A DNA stretch of 64,000 nucleotides from Spirochaetes bacterium GWE1_32_154 (GCA_001829315.1 MIAY01000011.1:69403-133402); one strand, 5' to 3'. Shown: positions 1 through 9,725, counted from the first letter of the stretch. Notes: generated from the letters alone by a model not told the origin. Numbers and translations: made by a program.

Positions 1-525
1 GGAAAAGGTGATACTTCGGGAAATGCACCAGGATCAGTAAGTACTTCAACAACAAATAATACAGAGATATCTATTGGTGATGGTTCAACTTCAGCAGGAA
101 ATAAAATTTATTTGAAAGCGTATGCAACAAGGGCTTCATTAACCGATTCTGATATAGCTGAGGAAAAAGCATTCAAGACTGTTATGGATTGTGGTGTAGC
201 AAATCAACCAAGTAATGATACATGGTACAGGGGATCAAATAATACTGGTGGTCCGACAAGTGCACCGGGATTTCCGATAGCATGGGAAGCGAATCTTTAT
301 GATAAGGTCAGAAAATCCAATACTAATCAGGAGTTTGTAACCTGGGAGATTAATGTATTGACCTATTTTAAAGCTATCAGCGGTTATCAGGGTGATTACC
401 CTGCAGGTCCAAATGGATTCAGATGGCAGGAAGGTAATAATAATGTGGTTAATCCTGGTGAGAAAAAAACAACCGGCACAGATAATTGGGAAGCTGGCTG
501 GTATACAAAAGGTATTAATTATTAG
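1..525 (+). CDS. C-terminal part of a secreted/surface protein of unknown function (5-prime end outside window)
   Basis: Frame 1 is open from base 1 (GKGDTSGNAPGS...) and continuous with listed ORF 112..525. Gly/Asn/Thr/Trp-rich with no catalytic motif recognised. Stop TAG 523-525 is followed by hairpins. Confidence 0.6.
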   Translation, partial: GKGDTSGNAPGSVSTSTTNNTEISIGDGSTSAGNKIYLKAYATRASLTDSDIAEEKAFKTVMDCGVANQPSNDTWYRGSNNTGGPTSAPGFPIAWEANLYDKVRKSNTNQEFVTWEINVLTYFKAISGYQGDYPAGPNGFRWQEGNNNVVNPGEKKTTGTDNWEAGWYTKGINY

Positions 526-534
526 TTTATAAAT

Positions 535-564
535 TGAGGCTCTTGCAAAAATAAAGGAGCCTCA
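535..564. repeat. Hairpin-only copy (A) of the GAGGCTCTTGCAAAAAT repeat family
   Basis: tGAGGCTC ttgcaaaaataaag GAGCCTCa. The first 17 nt are identical to the arm of the larger copies at 4649, 9598, 11133, 34870 and 36322. Confidence 0.7.
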
Positions 565-580
565 TTAATTGATAAAGTAA

Positions 581-619
581 GGCGCGGAGAAATGATGTGG
601 TACATTTTTTCTTCGCGCC
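581..619. terminator. GC-rich hairpin between convergent genes (possible bidirectional terminator)
   Basis: GGCGCGGAGAAA (581-592) pairs with TTTCTTCGCGCC (608-619), including one G-T pair. It lies between the 3-prime ends of CDS 1..525 (+) and 660..1142 (-). U-tracts are short on both sides. Confidence 0.5.
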
Positions 620-659
620 TTTCATATTGTTATTTAGATTTAGCAGGAGCCTTTATACT

Positions 660-1142
660 TCATGCACTGAAGTTTTTTTCATACCAGATTTTAATGTTTC
701 TTTTTATATAATCCAGATGTTCATGTCCGTGATTTGAAAAGTTATCGAGCCATACTGTTAGCGGTTTTCTCAGACCAGTGGTTTTCCCGATGAATATAGA
801 ATCCCACTCATTTTGATTAATCCATTTTATCTGTTTATATAATAATGACCTTGTTTTTCTGATTTGATCTAATATATTATAAATGTTATTTAGGTCGTAT
901 TTTCTGCATGCAAGAAAATTATCATTATCAACTGTTGACTGGATAGTAATAGAACTGATAAATGTAATGTATTCACTCAGTTCTTTATCGGCAGTGTGAG
1001 CAATATGTTCTCTGATAGTCCAACTATCAGTATCGGGTCTGTAATCAATAATTTTTTTTGGTATCTGTAGAATAAGATCTTCATATTCATACAGAGTATC
1101 ATAAAATAATTCAAGCTCATTTTTAATTGTATAAAAACTCAT
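660..1142 (-). CDS. DinB/YfiT-like metal-dependent protein
   Basis: ORF 660..1181. His-rich DinB-type pattern (REHIAHTADKE ... SNHGHEHLDYIKRN). Start moved to the internal ATG at 1142 because GGGGG sits 8 nt upstream of it. Confidence 0.6.
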   Translation of the reverse strand: MSFYTIKNELELFYDTLYEYEDLILQIPKKIIDYRPDTDSWTIREHIAHTADKELSEYITFISSITIQSTVDNDNFLACRKYDLNNIYNILDQIRKTRSLLYKQIKWINQNEWDSIFIGKTTGLRKPLTVWLDNFSNHGHEHLDYIKRNIKIWYEKNFSA

Positions 1143-1202
1143 TTGAGAACCCCCGATTATATATTCGTACAAAAACGTCAATAAGTTGAGGGGGTGACTT
1201 TA

Positions 1203-1511
1203 TTAAATAAATAACAAATCAATTTCTTCTTTGTCGATTTTTTGAATAATTTGAAATTTTCTGCCTTTAATAACAGTCATTCCATTTTTATTGCAGATAG
1301 ATTGGATCTTATTTTCAAAATCAGTTATGAATTCTGTTGTGGCGTCTTTGTTAAAATGATAGATAAGGCCGTTTTCAACCGTATCATCAAATTGTAAAAG
1401 TAAAGCTGTGTTATCAAGAAATATTAAATCGTCATAAGAATATGATATTGAGTAACCGAGTAGTTCGACAATTTTTGCCGCTTTGTTTAAGGGTCTGAAT
1501 TTTATTTGCAT
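1203..1511 (-). CDS. hypothetical protein (102 aa)
   Basis: Clean ORF with AGGAG-like sequence upstream (aaaaaggagttcATG on the minus strand). No recognisable motif. Confidence 0.55.
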   Translation of the reverse strand: MQIKFRPLNKAAKIVELLGYSISYSYDDLIFLDNTALLLQFDDTVENGLIYHFNKDATTEFITDFENKIQSICNKNGMTVIKGRKFQIIQKIDKEEIDLLFI

Positions 1512-1575
1512 TATGAACTCCTTTTTTTACACATTATTGTATCATATTGATTGGGAAAATGGAAGTGCATAGGTA

Positions 1576-2922
1576 TTATTTTTTTCGAATAATTTCATAG
1601 GTAGTATATGTTCTGCCAATATTCGGTTTAATAAAACCGGTGAAATTGAAATAAAATAAAAGTGAAGCAAGCAGGAAAAGTGTTGTATATGAAAATGTTT
1701 TTATAAGTGGTAAAAAATTTTTATTGCTATCAAGAATAGCGGAGAAAAACAATAACATTAAAAACCAGAATGAAAACATTGGTGCAACCCAGAATTCGCG
1801 GTAATCAGCTTCCCACCAGCAGGTAAAAGCTGTGTAGATTACCATGTAAAGAATACATCCGATAAATGCATACCGGTATTTTTGGAAAATGTGTTTAAAA
1901 AATACAATTGAGCCACCTAATACAGTAACAAATATAATGCCAATTAAATTGGGCAATATTGCATAAGGAGCAAATAAATTTTGAAAATTGTGACCAAGAG
2001 GTGTACCTTTAAAACTTTGAGGCTGGTAAAAATACGTGCTTATCCCATGAACTATTTTCTGGAAAAGTGACATATCTTCAAAACCTTTACCCCAGTAATC
2101 GATTTTTGAATATAATATTAACCAGTTAAAAAAATACGATGCTTTTTTTATCATATTAAAATCAGTTGCTTTTTCATAATCGAACGTTAAACCAACAAGT
2201 ATAATACCTACATAATAATATGCAGTTATGACAATTATTGAAAAAATAGTAAGATATGCAATGATATATATTATTAAATGCAATTGAAATAGTTTTTGTT
2301 CTCTATCATTTGAAAATAAATTGTGAAACAACATAATAAACAGAATGACCGGCATCATAATTAAATCAGATTGATGAAAAAAAATAGTTATAGCATGTAA
2401 GGTTCCCAGAAAGAGTGCAAAAAGCATTTTTCTTTTTGCTTGCGGAAAATAAAGTGCAGATAAAAACAGAACGAAGACGAGAATCGAATGAATTATTGGT
2501 GTATCATTAATTTGTGAATACATCCAATAAGCTGCTGTAAAACAATATGAAATAACAACTAATAATGATAAAAAGTATTTTTTTGAAATTGAATAAAAAA
2601 GAAAAAATATTACACCGAGTCCGATACTGCTTGCAAGAAGGTTTCTAATTTGTAGAACAATCATTGATTTTCCGGTATAACCATTTTTAAGAAGAGTTTT
2701 ATATAATTGTTCTCCGGCCCAGTCGAAACCGATATGATGCGGATTAAATAAAAACTGAGGGACACCAAGTCTGACATAATAATCATACGTTAGAACATCG
2801 CCTTTTTCATCAATCCAATTTGATAAATAATTAAAATTTAATGAGGCGTATACAAGTGAGATGAGCAATGCAGTTAATAAAATAATGAAAAGTTCAATTT
2901 TATTTAATTTTTTGTAAACCAA
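1576..2922 (-). CDS. polytopic membrane protein, about 12 TM (possibly a glycosyltransferase-39/ArnT-like fold)
   Basis: 448-aa ORF dominated by hydrophobic segments. Overlaps the upstream gene by 23 nt, suggesting an operon. Function not assignable by eye. Confidence 0.6.
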   Translation of the reverse strand: MVYKKLNKIELFIILLTALLISLVYASLNFNYLSNWIDEKGDVLTYDYYVRLGVPQFLFNPHHIGFDWAGEQLYKTLLKNGYTGKSMIVLQIRNLLASSIGLGVIFFLFYSISKKYFLSLLVVISYCFTAAYWMYSQINDTPIIHSILVFVLFLSALYFPQAKRKMLFALFLGTLHAITIFFHQSDLIMMPVILFIMLFHNLFSNDREQKLFQLHLIIYIIAYLTIFSIIVITAYYYVGIILVGLTFDYEKATDFNMIKKASYFFNWLILYSKIDYWGKGFEDMSLFQKIVHGISTYFYQPQSFKGTPLGHNFQNLFAPYAILPNLIGIIFVTVLGGSIVFFKHIFQKYRYAFIGCILYMVIYTAFTCWWEADYREFWVAPMFSFWFLMLLFFSAILDSNKNFLPLIKTFSYTTLFLLASLLFYFNFTGFIKPNIGRTYTTYEIIRKK

Positions 2923-4642
2923 CTTTAACCTTATCCATTATTTTTCTGTTTTTTTCTGTAATACTGGTTACACCTTTTACGGACATAACTAACCCTCTGT
3001 CCGAAGTTTCAATGAGTAATGATCCAATATCAAGGAATCTCTCTATAAAATTTTGTTTAATAACAAGATGATTTATTCTTGTTATAGGAACTCTTGTAAT
3101 ATTTCTTGTGATTAAAAGGTTTTTTACAAATACCACTTCACCTGAAAACAGCATTATATGGCTGAACATTGCTCCGATAAAATCAATAAGTGAAATATAA
3201 GCTATATAGATTAATGAAATATAGAATATACTATCAAAAAAAAATTTAATATTTGATTGGGTGAAAATATCAATTTTGAACACTTCTGAAACTTGTAGTG
3301 TATTTATTAAGGAAAATATAAGGTTGCTGATAAACGGAAGTTCAACATACAAAATGCCCAGAGAAATAATTGCAGCAATAAATCGCAAAGTAAATGGATA
3401 TAATGAAAGATTATCACCAAAAATTAACGCCTGAGGTTCTGCAGTTAATTCGGCTTTGATTTTTCTGTCAGAATAATCTTCAAAAATGTGTATCAAGTTA
3501 TTAACCATAAGTGATGAAAAATAAAGAATGGTAAATAGTGGTACCGGTAATAAAGCTGTAAGAACATTTTTAGAATGAACTATAGTATAAAAAAATAGTA
3601 AAATAGCATCAATAAGAGAGGTGACCGGAATAATCATGTCTTTTATTGCAAAAAGAAGAGTTTTTTCTGCAATTTGAGGTGTTGTTCGTATAAAGGAAAA
3701 AACACTTAAAAAAAGAATAATTGCAAATAAAAATTGAGCAAAAATGAATGGTCTTTGAGATTCGCGTTTATATTTATTAAATTTTTCAAAAATCTTGTGA
3801 GAAAATAAACATCCTGAAATTTGAGTAAAAGTAATGATAAAAGTAAATGACAATTTGAATTTAACGGCAATAATGAGTGAAATAATAAAACCGGCAAGTA
3901 ATCCGTTTATCAAAAGATAATTTTTTTGATAAAAAGAGGTGTATTTATTTGATTTGATCGAGGTTTCATAATAACTTTTCAGATTAAAGAGTATTTTATT
4001 ATAGAAAATTCTATTAGATATCGTCAAACCTTTGTTTTTTTTAATCTCATCGAAACGTAATGAAGATTTTTTATTTTTTTTATAGAAAAATCGAACTGAC
4101 AGATAGACCAAAAGTGAAATGAAAATGCAAATCGAAGAAAATAATATGATAATAAAAAGAAGTTTTGAATTTTTTAAACCGAGTAAACCGGTGGTAAAAG
4201 GAATAAAAACTAATAAAAGAGTTATAATAAATGATAAAAAAACATTTGCAAAGAAACTGCCGGTAATCATTCGATTGATTTCATCGACAAGTTTTGAATA
4301 TTCTTTCAGTTTAAGTTCTGTTTCTTCTTTATCTTTTTCAGCATTTTTAATGAGCATCAAAGAAAACAGATTACATAATATTGATGCAAATACTGATAAT
4401 AAAACTGTCTGCAGTATTGTTTTGTTAAAGATTGCTATAAGGAGTGAAGTGAAAAAAATGGAAAATTGAAATATAAGAAAAAATCTGGTTGTGTAAATGA
4501 AATTCTTCTTTGAACTCGAAAAATGTTCCCGTAATAAATGAAATTCAAATGTTTTTATAAGAATAGTGAGAAATCGTTTCATACTAATCCACATATATTT
4601 TTTAATAAAAGCAATTTCTATAGTATAAAAAATATTAATCAT
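2900..4642 (-). CDS. membrane protein with C-terminal bacterial PH (YdbT/DUF304-like) domain
   Basis: ORF 2900..4756. C-terminus ...GEVVFVKNLLITRNITRVPITRINHLVIKQNFIERFLDIGSLLIETSD resembles bPH_2. The first 38 codons of the listed ORF translate the repeat element, so the start was moved to ATG 4642 (MINIFY...). Confidence 0.6.
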   Translation of the reverse strand: MINIFYTIEIAFIKKYMWISMKRFLTILIKTFEFHLLREHFSSSKKNFIYTTRFFLIFQFSIFFTSLLIAIFNKTILQTVLLSVFASILCNLFSLMLIKNAEKDKEETELKLKEYSKLVDEINRMITGSFFANVFLSFIITLLLVFIPFTTGLLGLKNSKLLFIIILFSSICIFISLLVYLSVRFFYKKNKKSSLRFDEIKKNKGLTISNRIFYNKILFNLKSYYETSIKSNKYTSFYQKNYLLINGLLAGFIISLIIAVKFKLSFTFIITFTQISGCLFSHKIFEKFNKYKRESQRPFIFAQFLFAIILFLSVFSFIRTTPQIAEKTLLFAIKDMIIPVTSLIDAILLFFYTIVHSKNVLTALLPVPLFTILYFSSLMVNNLIHIFEDYSDRKIKAELTAEPQALIFGDNLSLYPFTLRFIAAIISLGILYVELPFISNLIFSLINTLQVSEVFKIDIFTQSNIKFFFDSIFYISLIYIAYISLIDFIGAMFSHIMLFSGEVVFVKNLLITRNITRVPITRINHLVIKQNFIERFLDIGSLLIETSDRGLVMSVKGVTSITEKNRKIMDKVKVGLQKIK

Positions 4643-4648
4643 AGTCAA

Positions 4649-4816
4649 GAGCCTCTTGCAAAAATACTCTTTATATCTCGAATTTTTGCAAGAGGCTACA
4701 CAGGTTGCTTGCCCGAGCAGTAACGATTTTTGGTACCCCAAAATATCGCGACTCATTATGACCAGGTACAGTTTTCGGTATCCCGAAATACTGCGTGATG
4801 CGATTATATCGCATCA
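4649..4816 (+). repeat. Expanded composite copy (B) of the hairpin repeat family
   Basis: Hairpin 1 is GAGCCTCTTGCAAAAAT (4649-4665) / ATTTTTGCAAGAGGCT (4682-4697). Extra hairpins lie at 4724-4748 and 4769-4793. Terminal palindrome TGATGCGAT-TAT-ATCGCATCA is at 4796-4816. Confidence 0.8.
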
Positions 4817-4853
4817 GCCAATCAAATACAATTTCTCACTATTTTATCAGTTT

Positions 4854-5204
4854 TTATGCCTTTAAGACATCTTTGATGACTTTAATAAACTGATCTTTTG
4901 GAAGTGCCCCGGATGTCATTTGAGGTTTTTCACCCATAGGAACAAATAATATACTTGGAATACTTCTAATACCGAATATTGATGAAAGTTCCTGTTCTTT
5001 TTCTGTGTCAATTTTATAAATATCAACTTTACCTTTGTATTCTTTTGAAAGCTCATCCAGAATCGGAGAAACCATTTTACAAGGTCCGCACCAGTCTGCA
5101 TAAAAGTCAATGATTGCAGGTCTTTCACCTTTAAATGTCCATTCTTTATTATTCTCGTAATCAAAAACTTTGTCAATAAAAGTCTGTTTTGTTAAAAATT
5201 CCAT
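4854..5204 (-). CDS. trxA: thioredoxin
   Basis: 116 aa with the canonical WCGPC active site (DFYADWCGPCKMVSP) and thioredoxin-fold length. Confidence 0.9.
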   Translation of the reverse strand: MEFLTKQTFIDKVFDYENNKEWTFKGERPAIIDFYADWCGPCKMVSPILDELSKEYKGKVDIYKIDTEKEQELSSIFGIRSIPSILFVPMGEKPQMTSGALPKDQFIKVIKDVLKA

Positions 5205-5402
5205 AATTGCACCTCTTTGTGTGTTTAATTGTATAATTATTCAATACAATAATTATTTATAGTGTAAGTATATTACTAAATTAGAATATAGTCAACTTAT
5301 TTTTAATATTTTTATAAATTTAATTGATTATTACAATAATAATTGTTACTATAAATAAAATTTTGCATTATGCTTATATTAAATTAATATATCAGGATTG
5401 TT

Positions 5403-6236
5403 ATGGCGTCATTACCTAGTCAGAAACTTAATACCTATTTTGAATCATACAAATCAAAAGAGATTGCTTTTAATAAATCGATTCGATCAGTGACTGGTTT
5501 GGAAGCAAAAAAAATTTGTATTAAAATACGTGGTGATCAATGGCCATGCGTGTTATATTCATGTTCAATGACATCAGCTAAAGTTATTGTTACACTTGAT
5601 AATACCGGTTTTGAAGAAATTAAAAGAGCTAAAAATATTATAAGTTTAAAATTATCTTTTTTCCCGAAAACCACTAAAACACCGATTACATTTTTTGTGT
5701 CCTCACTTGTTAAAGGGTTTAATGTTTTTAAACTTCAACATGAGTCATCATTTCTTATGTCTCTGGAGTTTAGTCAGAAACCGCCTGATGATTTGATTGA
5801 AACTCTTGGAAGAATATTTGAATCTATTGAGAATTTTGAAAAGCGTAGTGAGTTACGAATAAGCCTTGATCAGAAAGTTCTTGCTTTAATGGGGCTCAAT
5901 TCAAATAATGGTTTTGCATTGATTGATAATATTAAAAGACCTTGTATTTTACGTAATGTGTCATCTTCCGGCTGTGCTATACTGTTGTTGTGTAATCCCA
6001 AGTTTGTGTTAAATAAAAAGGTCAGTATCGTGTTGAATCATATAGATAGTGTTGAACCCATACTTATTGAAGGAACTGTTAAAAGAGCAGAAGAGGTGAC
6101 CGGAAGGTCGGACTTATTTGTTTTAGGGGTTTTGTTTGACGCTGAGAAAGTTCCCTATGAATACAAATCAATAATTAATAATTACATTGATAAACTGGAA
6201 GATATGGCAAAATTTAAAAGAAAAATGGGGAGTTAG
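5403..6236 (+). CDS. PlzA-like c-di-GMP receptor (N-terminal PilZ-like domain plus C-terminal PilZ)
   Basis: 277 aa. RxxxR (RSELR) followed by D/NxSxxG (NVSSSG), the PilZ c-di-GMP-binding signature. Two-domain size and layout resemble spirochaetal PlzA. Confidence 0.7.
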   Translation: MASLPSQKLNTYFESYKSKEIAFNKSIRSVTGLEAKKICIKIRGDQWPCVLYSCSMTSAKVIVTLDNTGFEEIKRAKNIISLKLSFFPKTTKTPITFFVSSLVKGFNVFKLQHESSFLMSLEFSQKPPDDLIETLGRIFESIENFEKRSELRISLDQKVLALMGLNSNNGFALIDNIKRPCILRNVSSSGCAILLLCNPKFVLNKKVSIVLNHIDSVEPILIEGTVKRAEEVTGRSDLFVLGVLFDAEKVPYEYKSIINNYIDKLEDMAKFKRKMGS

Positions 6237-6292
6237 TTATTAATTATTTTTCTAAGAAACTTTATATAAATCTTGTATTTTTTTGTTTTACA

Positions 6293-7402
6293 GTGTTATT
6301 TTTATCCTGTAAGGGAGATATAAAAAAACATCGTTTATTACCTCGTATTATTGATTTTACTACGGAAGAAATAATTGAAACCGGTCACAATACATATCAG
6401 TACAGGAAATCAGGTGATGTATATGTTACAATTTTTCCTGAAACATCTATCAACTATTTAAATAATGATATTACTCTTAATAATGGTTTATATGCAGAGT
6501 TCTCCGGTTATATTCCAAAGAAGAAAACAAAAATTATCAGTGATATAACTATCAGTAAATATTTGGAAAGCAAAAGAGCCGGTATTAATGTATATGTAGT
6601 TAATATTCCCGATAGTCTTTCAATTGAAAAAAGCATCGTTTCAGCACGATATTTTTATAATGATAATGATGAATATTATCACGAATTTGATTTGAAATAT
6701 ATAGATACAATTGCCGGTTTTAAACGGTATGGTTTTGTAATTGGTTATAATATTTTATGGAAAGTAAAATCAATTAAAATTAATATTTCAATTGATTTCA
6801 CAGGTAATCTAACAATGAGAGCATATAGTTTAAATAAAGTTGTTGATAGACAATTTGAAACGCAAGTGATTCGTTTCTCACCAAAAAAATCAAAGGAAAT
6901 AGTTTCTGCGGATAGGTCGAAATACCGGTTAGAGCAGGAAAATCGCTGGAAAATATGGACAACGGTTAATGAATATAAACATCACGGTTTTTTTTCAAAT
7001 CCCATAGATACTATGCAGTATATGACATCGAGTCTTGGAATGGTCCGCGAATGGCGTCTTTCAAATAATAAACTTAACTCAAAAGATACTCACTTGGGTA
7101 TTGATTACTCAGCTCCAAAAGGAGCACCTGTTTATGCGGTGTTAAATGGATTTGTTACATTCGCCGGATCTGTTGAATATTTTGGTAATATGATTATTAT
7201 TGATCATGGTATGGGCGTGTATACAAGTTATTGTCATCTTGACAGAATAATCGTTGATGTTGGAACATTATTAGAATCAGGTATACAAATCGGCACTGTC
7301 GGTATGACAGGTGCATCTACCGGACCGCATTTACATTGGGAAATGAGAGTGCATGGGTTTCCGGTTGATCCGTTAGTTTTGAAAGATTTAAGCTTCCGGT
7401 AA
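6293..7402 (+). CDS. M23/LytM family metallopeptidase, probable lipoprotein (true start probably upstream, see findings)
   Basis: HLGIDYSAPKGAPVYAV ... GPHLHWEMRVHG, the HxxxD and HxH motifs of M23. A lipobox-like LFLSC sits at the very N-terminus of the listed ORF. Confidence 0.85.
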   Translation: MLFLSCKGDIKKHRLLPRIIDFTTEEIIETGHNTYQYRKSGDVYVTIFPETSINYLNNDITLNNGLYAEFSGYIPKKKTKIISDITISKYLESKRAGINVYVVNIPDSLSIEKSIVSARYFYNDNDEYYHEFDLKYIDTIAGFKRYGFVIGYNILWKVKSIKINISIDFTGNLTMRAYSLNKVVDRQFETQVIRFSPKKSKEIVSADRSKYRLEQENRWKIWTTVNEYKHHGFFSNPIDTMQYMTSSLGMVREWRLSNNKLNSKDTHLGIDYSAPKGAPVYAVLNGFVTFAGSVEYFGNMIIIDHGMGVYTSYCHLDRIIVDVGTLLESGIQIGTVGMTGASTGPHLHWEMRVHGFPVDPLVLKDLSFR

Positions 7403-8842
7403 AACGACTTCAAATTCTGTCCAATTATTTACAACACTTCGCACAGTAATATTTCCCTTATGAATGTCAACAACAGTTTTAACAATATTCAAACCTAAAC
7501 CGGCACCTTTTGTACCAGACGATTTTATTGCTCTATAATAGCGATCGAAAATATAATCAATCGTTTCTTCAGGAATCCCGATACCGGTATTTTTAATTGT
7601 TATTGTAATCTTACCATTTTCAGATGAAATAAAAATATTAATGCTTCCGCGATCGATGTTGTATTTTACTGCATTATCGATAAGATTGACAATCATTGAT
7701 TTTATTTGTTTTTCATCGCCCTTTATTATTGCTTTTGGACATGAGTTCATGGTTAGTATGATTGATCGTGGGTCGCAAACAATTTTAAAACGTTCGGCAA
7801 TTTCTGAAACGATTTTTATGATGTCAACTTTTCCAAAATCAGTGACTTCAAGTTTGCTTTCAAATCGTGAAATAAGTAACAGATTTTCCAGGATTCTTGT
7901 AATTCTGTCAATTTCCTCAATATTACTTAATAAAACATTTTTATAGGTATCAGCATCTCTTTTTTTATTTAATGTGATTTCAATTTCACCTCGAATTATT
8001 GATAGAGGTGTTTTTAATTCATGATATAAATTTTCAATAAGATGCTTTTGTGATTGAAAAGAATTATCAAGCCTTTCAATCATATCATTGAATGTTGATG
8101 CAAGGATTTTTAATTCATCATTATATTCTGAGACATTAAGTCTTTTTTTAAGATTAATCGCAGTTATTTCATTAATGGAAACAATTATTTTATTAACCGG
8201 GGAGAGGGTGAAACCGGTAAGGAAAAAACCAAGTATTCCGCTTAAAATAATTGTAAAAGGTATTAGTATGAATAAAACTATTTTTAAATTATACATTGAA
8301 AAAGTCATAGTACGCAATGATAATGCAACTCGTATTATGTAGACAATTTTTTTATTCTGATTCATAACCGGAATTGATATATATCGAAGTGATAATGTTT
8401 TTTTATTGCTTGTATCGATATCAAATGTGCCGGTATAGTTTGTTCCGGATGCTAAAATTTTAAATTCTTCGGGTGATATTTTCATAATCATTTTAGGACC
8501 TTGTCGGGATGTTGCAATAATTATGCCTTTTCTGTCGTATATTTGTACGAGCATATTCAATAATTTAGGGTCTTCAATACCATTAATTGATATCCAGCTT
8601 TTAATTATTCTTTGAAAATACTGGTTTATTCTTTGATTAAATTCTGATACATCAATTTTATTTTCTTCAAGCAGGATGTTAATTGAATCAGCAACGCTTA
8701 GTGATGTTGCGTATAAAAATGTGTCAATGTCAGCCGAGAGCATTTGTTTTTGATTATTGTACATGATGTAGGAAAAAATAGAAAATATGATTAGTAGAAA
8801 GATAATCGCTGTAATTGTATTGGTTATTCGTAATGATTTCAT
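7388..8842 (-). CDS. sensor histidine kinase (TM-periplasmic-TM-HAMP-HisKA-HATPase)
   Basis: H-box YHELKTPLS, N-box LIDNAVKYN and G-boxes IKNTGIGIP / GAGLGL, with two TM segments. Overlaps the response regulator gene by 4 nt. Confidence 0.9.
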   Translation of the reverse strand: MKSLRITNTITAIIFLLIIFSIFSYIMYNNQKQMLSADIDTFLYATSLSVADSINILLEENKIDVSEFNQRINQYFQRIIKSWISINGIEDPKLLNMLVQIYDRKGIIIATSRQGPKMIMKISPEEFKILASGTNYTGTFDIDTSNKKTLSLRYISIPVMNQNKKIVYIIRVALSLRTMTFSMYNLKIVLFILIPFTIILSGILGFFLTGFTLSPVNKIIVSINEITAINLKKRLNVSEYNDELKILASTFNDMIERLDNSFQSQKHLIENLYHELKTPLSIIRGEIEITLNKKRDADTYKNVLLSNIEEIDRITRILENLLLISRFESKLEVTDFGKVDIIKIVSEIAERFKIVCDPRSIILTMNSCPKAIIKGDEKQIKSMIVNLIDNAVKYNIDRGSINIFISSENGKITITIKNTGIGIPEETIDYIFDRYYRAIKSSGTKGAGLGLNIVKTVVDIHKGNITVRSVVNNWTEFEVVLPEA

Positions 8843-9513
8843 TGTGCACCGCTGAACATATATCCACGTCCCCGTATAGTATGTATTAATTTGATCTCAT
8901 AATCTTTGTCGATTTTATTTCGTAAATAATTGATATAAACATCAATTACATTAGTAAATGAATCATAGTTAATATCCCAGATATTTTCTGTAATCATAGT
9001 TCTTGTTATAATTGAACCTTCATTTCTCATGAAATATTCAAGCAAGCCATATTCTCTGGATGTGAGCATTATTTCTTTTCCACTACGGAAAACCCGATGT
9101 GTTGTCAGATCAAGTTCAAGATCGGCAACTGTTAATTTACTTATTTTATCTTTATTGTTTTTACGCAGTAAACTTCTTGAGCGGGCGAGGAGTTCTGCAA
9201 ATACAAACGGTTTTACAAGGTAATCATCAGCACCCGTATCAAAGCCGGTGACTTTATCATCGACTGAAGCTTTTGCTGTTAACATTATAATGGGAATTTC
9301 TATATTATTTTCACGAAGTTTTTTGCAAATTGTAAGCCCATCCATTGAAGGAAGCATTAAATCAAGAATGATTAAATCAAAATGATCGGATAAAGCCATT
9401 TCATAGCCTTTTTCGCCATCTAAAGAAACATCAACCGCATAACCTTCTTCTTTAAATCCTTTCATAAGGAAATTCGAAATTTTTAATTCATCTTCTATTA
9501 TTAAAACGCGCAT
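8839..9513 (-). CDS. OmpR/PhoB-family response regulator
   Basis: Receiver domain (MRVLIIEDE ... DLIILDLMLP ... LTAK) plus winged-helix C-terminus (LTSREYGLLEYFMRN ... IHTIRGRGY). Confidence 0.9.
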   Translation of the reverse strand: MRVLIIEDELKISNFLMKGFKEEGYAVDVSLDGEKGYEMALSDHFDLIILDLMLPSMDGLTICKKLRENNIEIPIIMLTAKASVDDKVTGFDTGADDYLVKPFVFAELLARSRSLLRKNNKDKISKLTVADLELDLTTHRVFRSGKEIMLTSREYGLLEYFMRNEGSIITRTMITENIWDINYDSFTNVIDVYINYLRNKIDKDYEIKLIHTIRGRGYMFSGAQ

Positions 9514-9597
9514 GTTACCTCGTTTGTATTGCAGAATAATACATGGTATTTTAGATAATGTATAGAGTTTTTTTGCAGAAAAAATTCTGATAATGTT

Positions 9598-9715
9598 GAG
9601 CTTCTTGCAAAAATACTTTTTTTATCTCGAATTTTTGCAAGAAGCTACCTATAATGCGATTATATCGCATGTTGCGGAAGCGAAATCAAGTAATCTTGAT
9701 TTTTGCAAGAGCCTC
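9598..9715 (+). repeat. Composite copy (C) of the hairpin repeat family
   Basis: Arm 9598-9614, complementary arm 9631-9646, palindrome ATGCGATTATATCGCAT 9654-9670, small hairpin AAATCAAG-taat-CTTGATTT, and a third arm ATTTTTGCAAGAGCCTC at 9699-9715. Confidence 0.8.
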
Positions 9716-9725
9716 TGTAATGAAT

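Noticed and set aside
4538-4865. Listed ORFs 4538..4723 and 4656..4865, and the first 38 codons of ORF 2900..4756
   Set aside because: They overlap repeat copy B, and the same repeat is non-coding at the other loci. The N-terminal extension of the YdbT-like gene was trimmed to ATG 4642.
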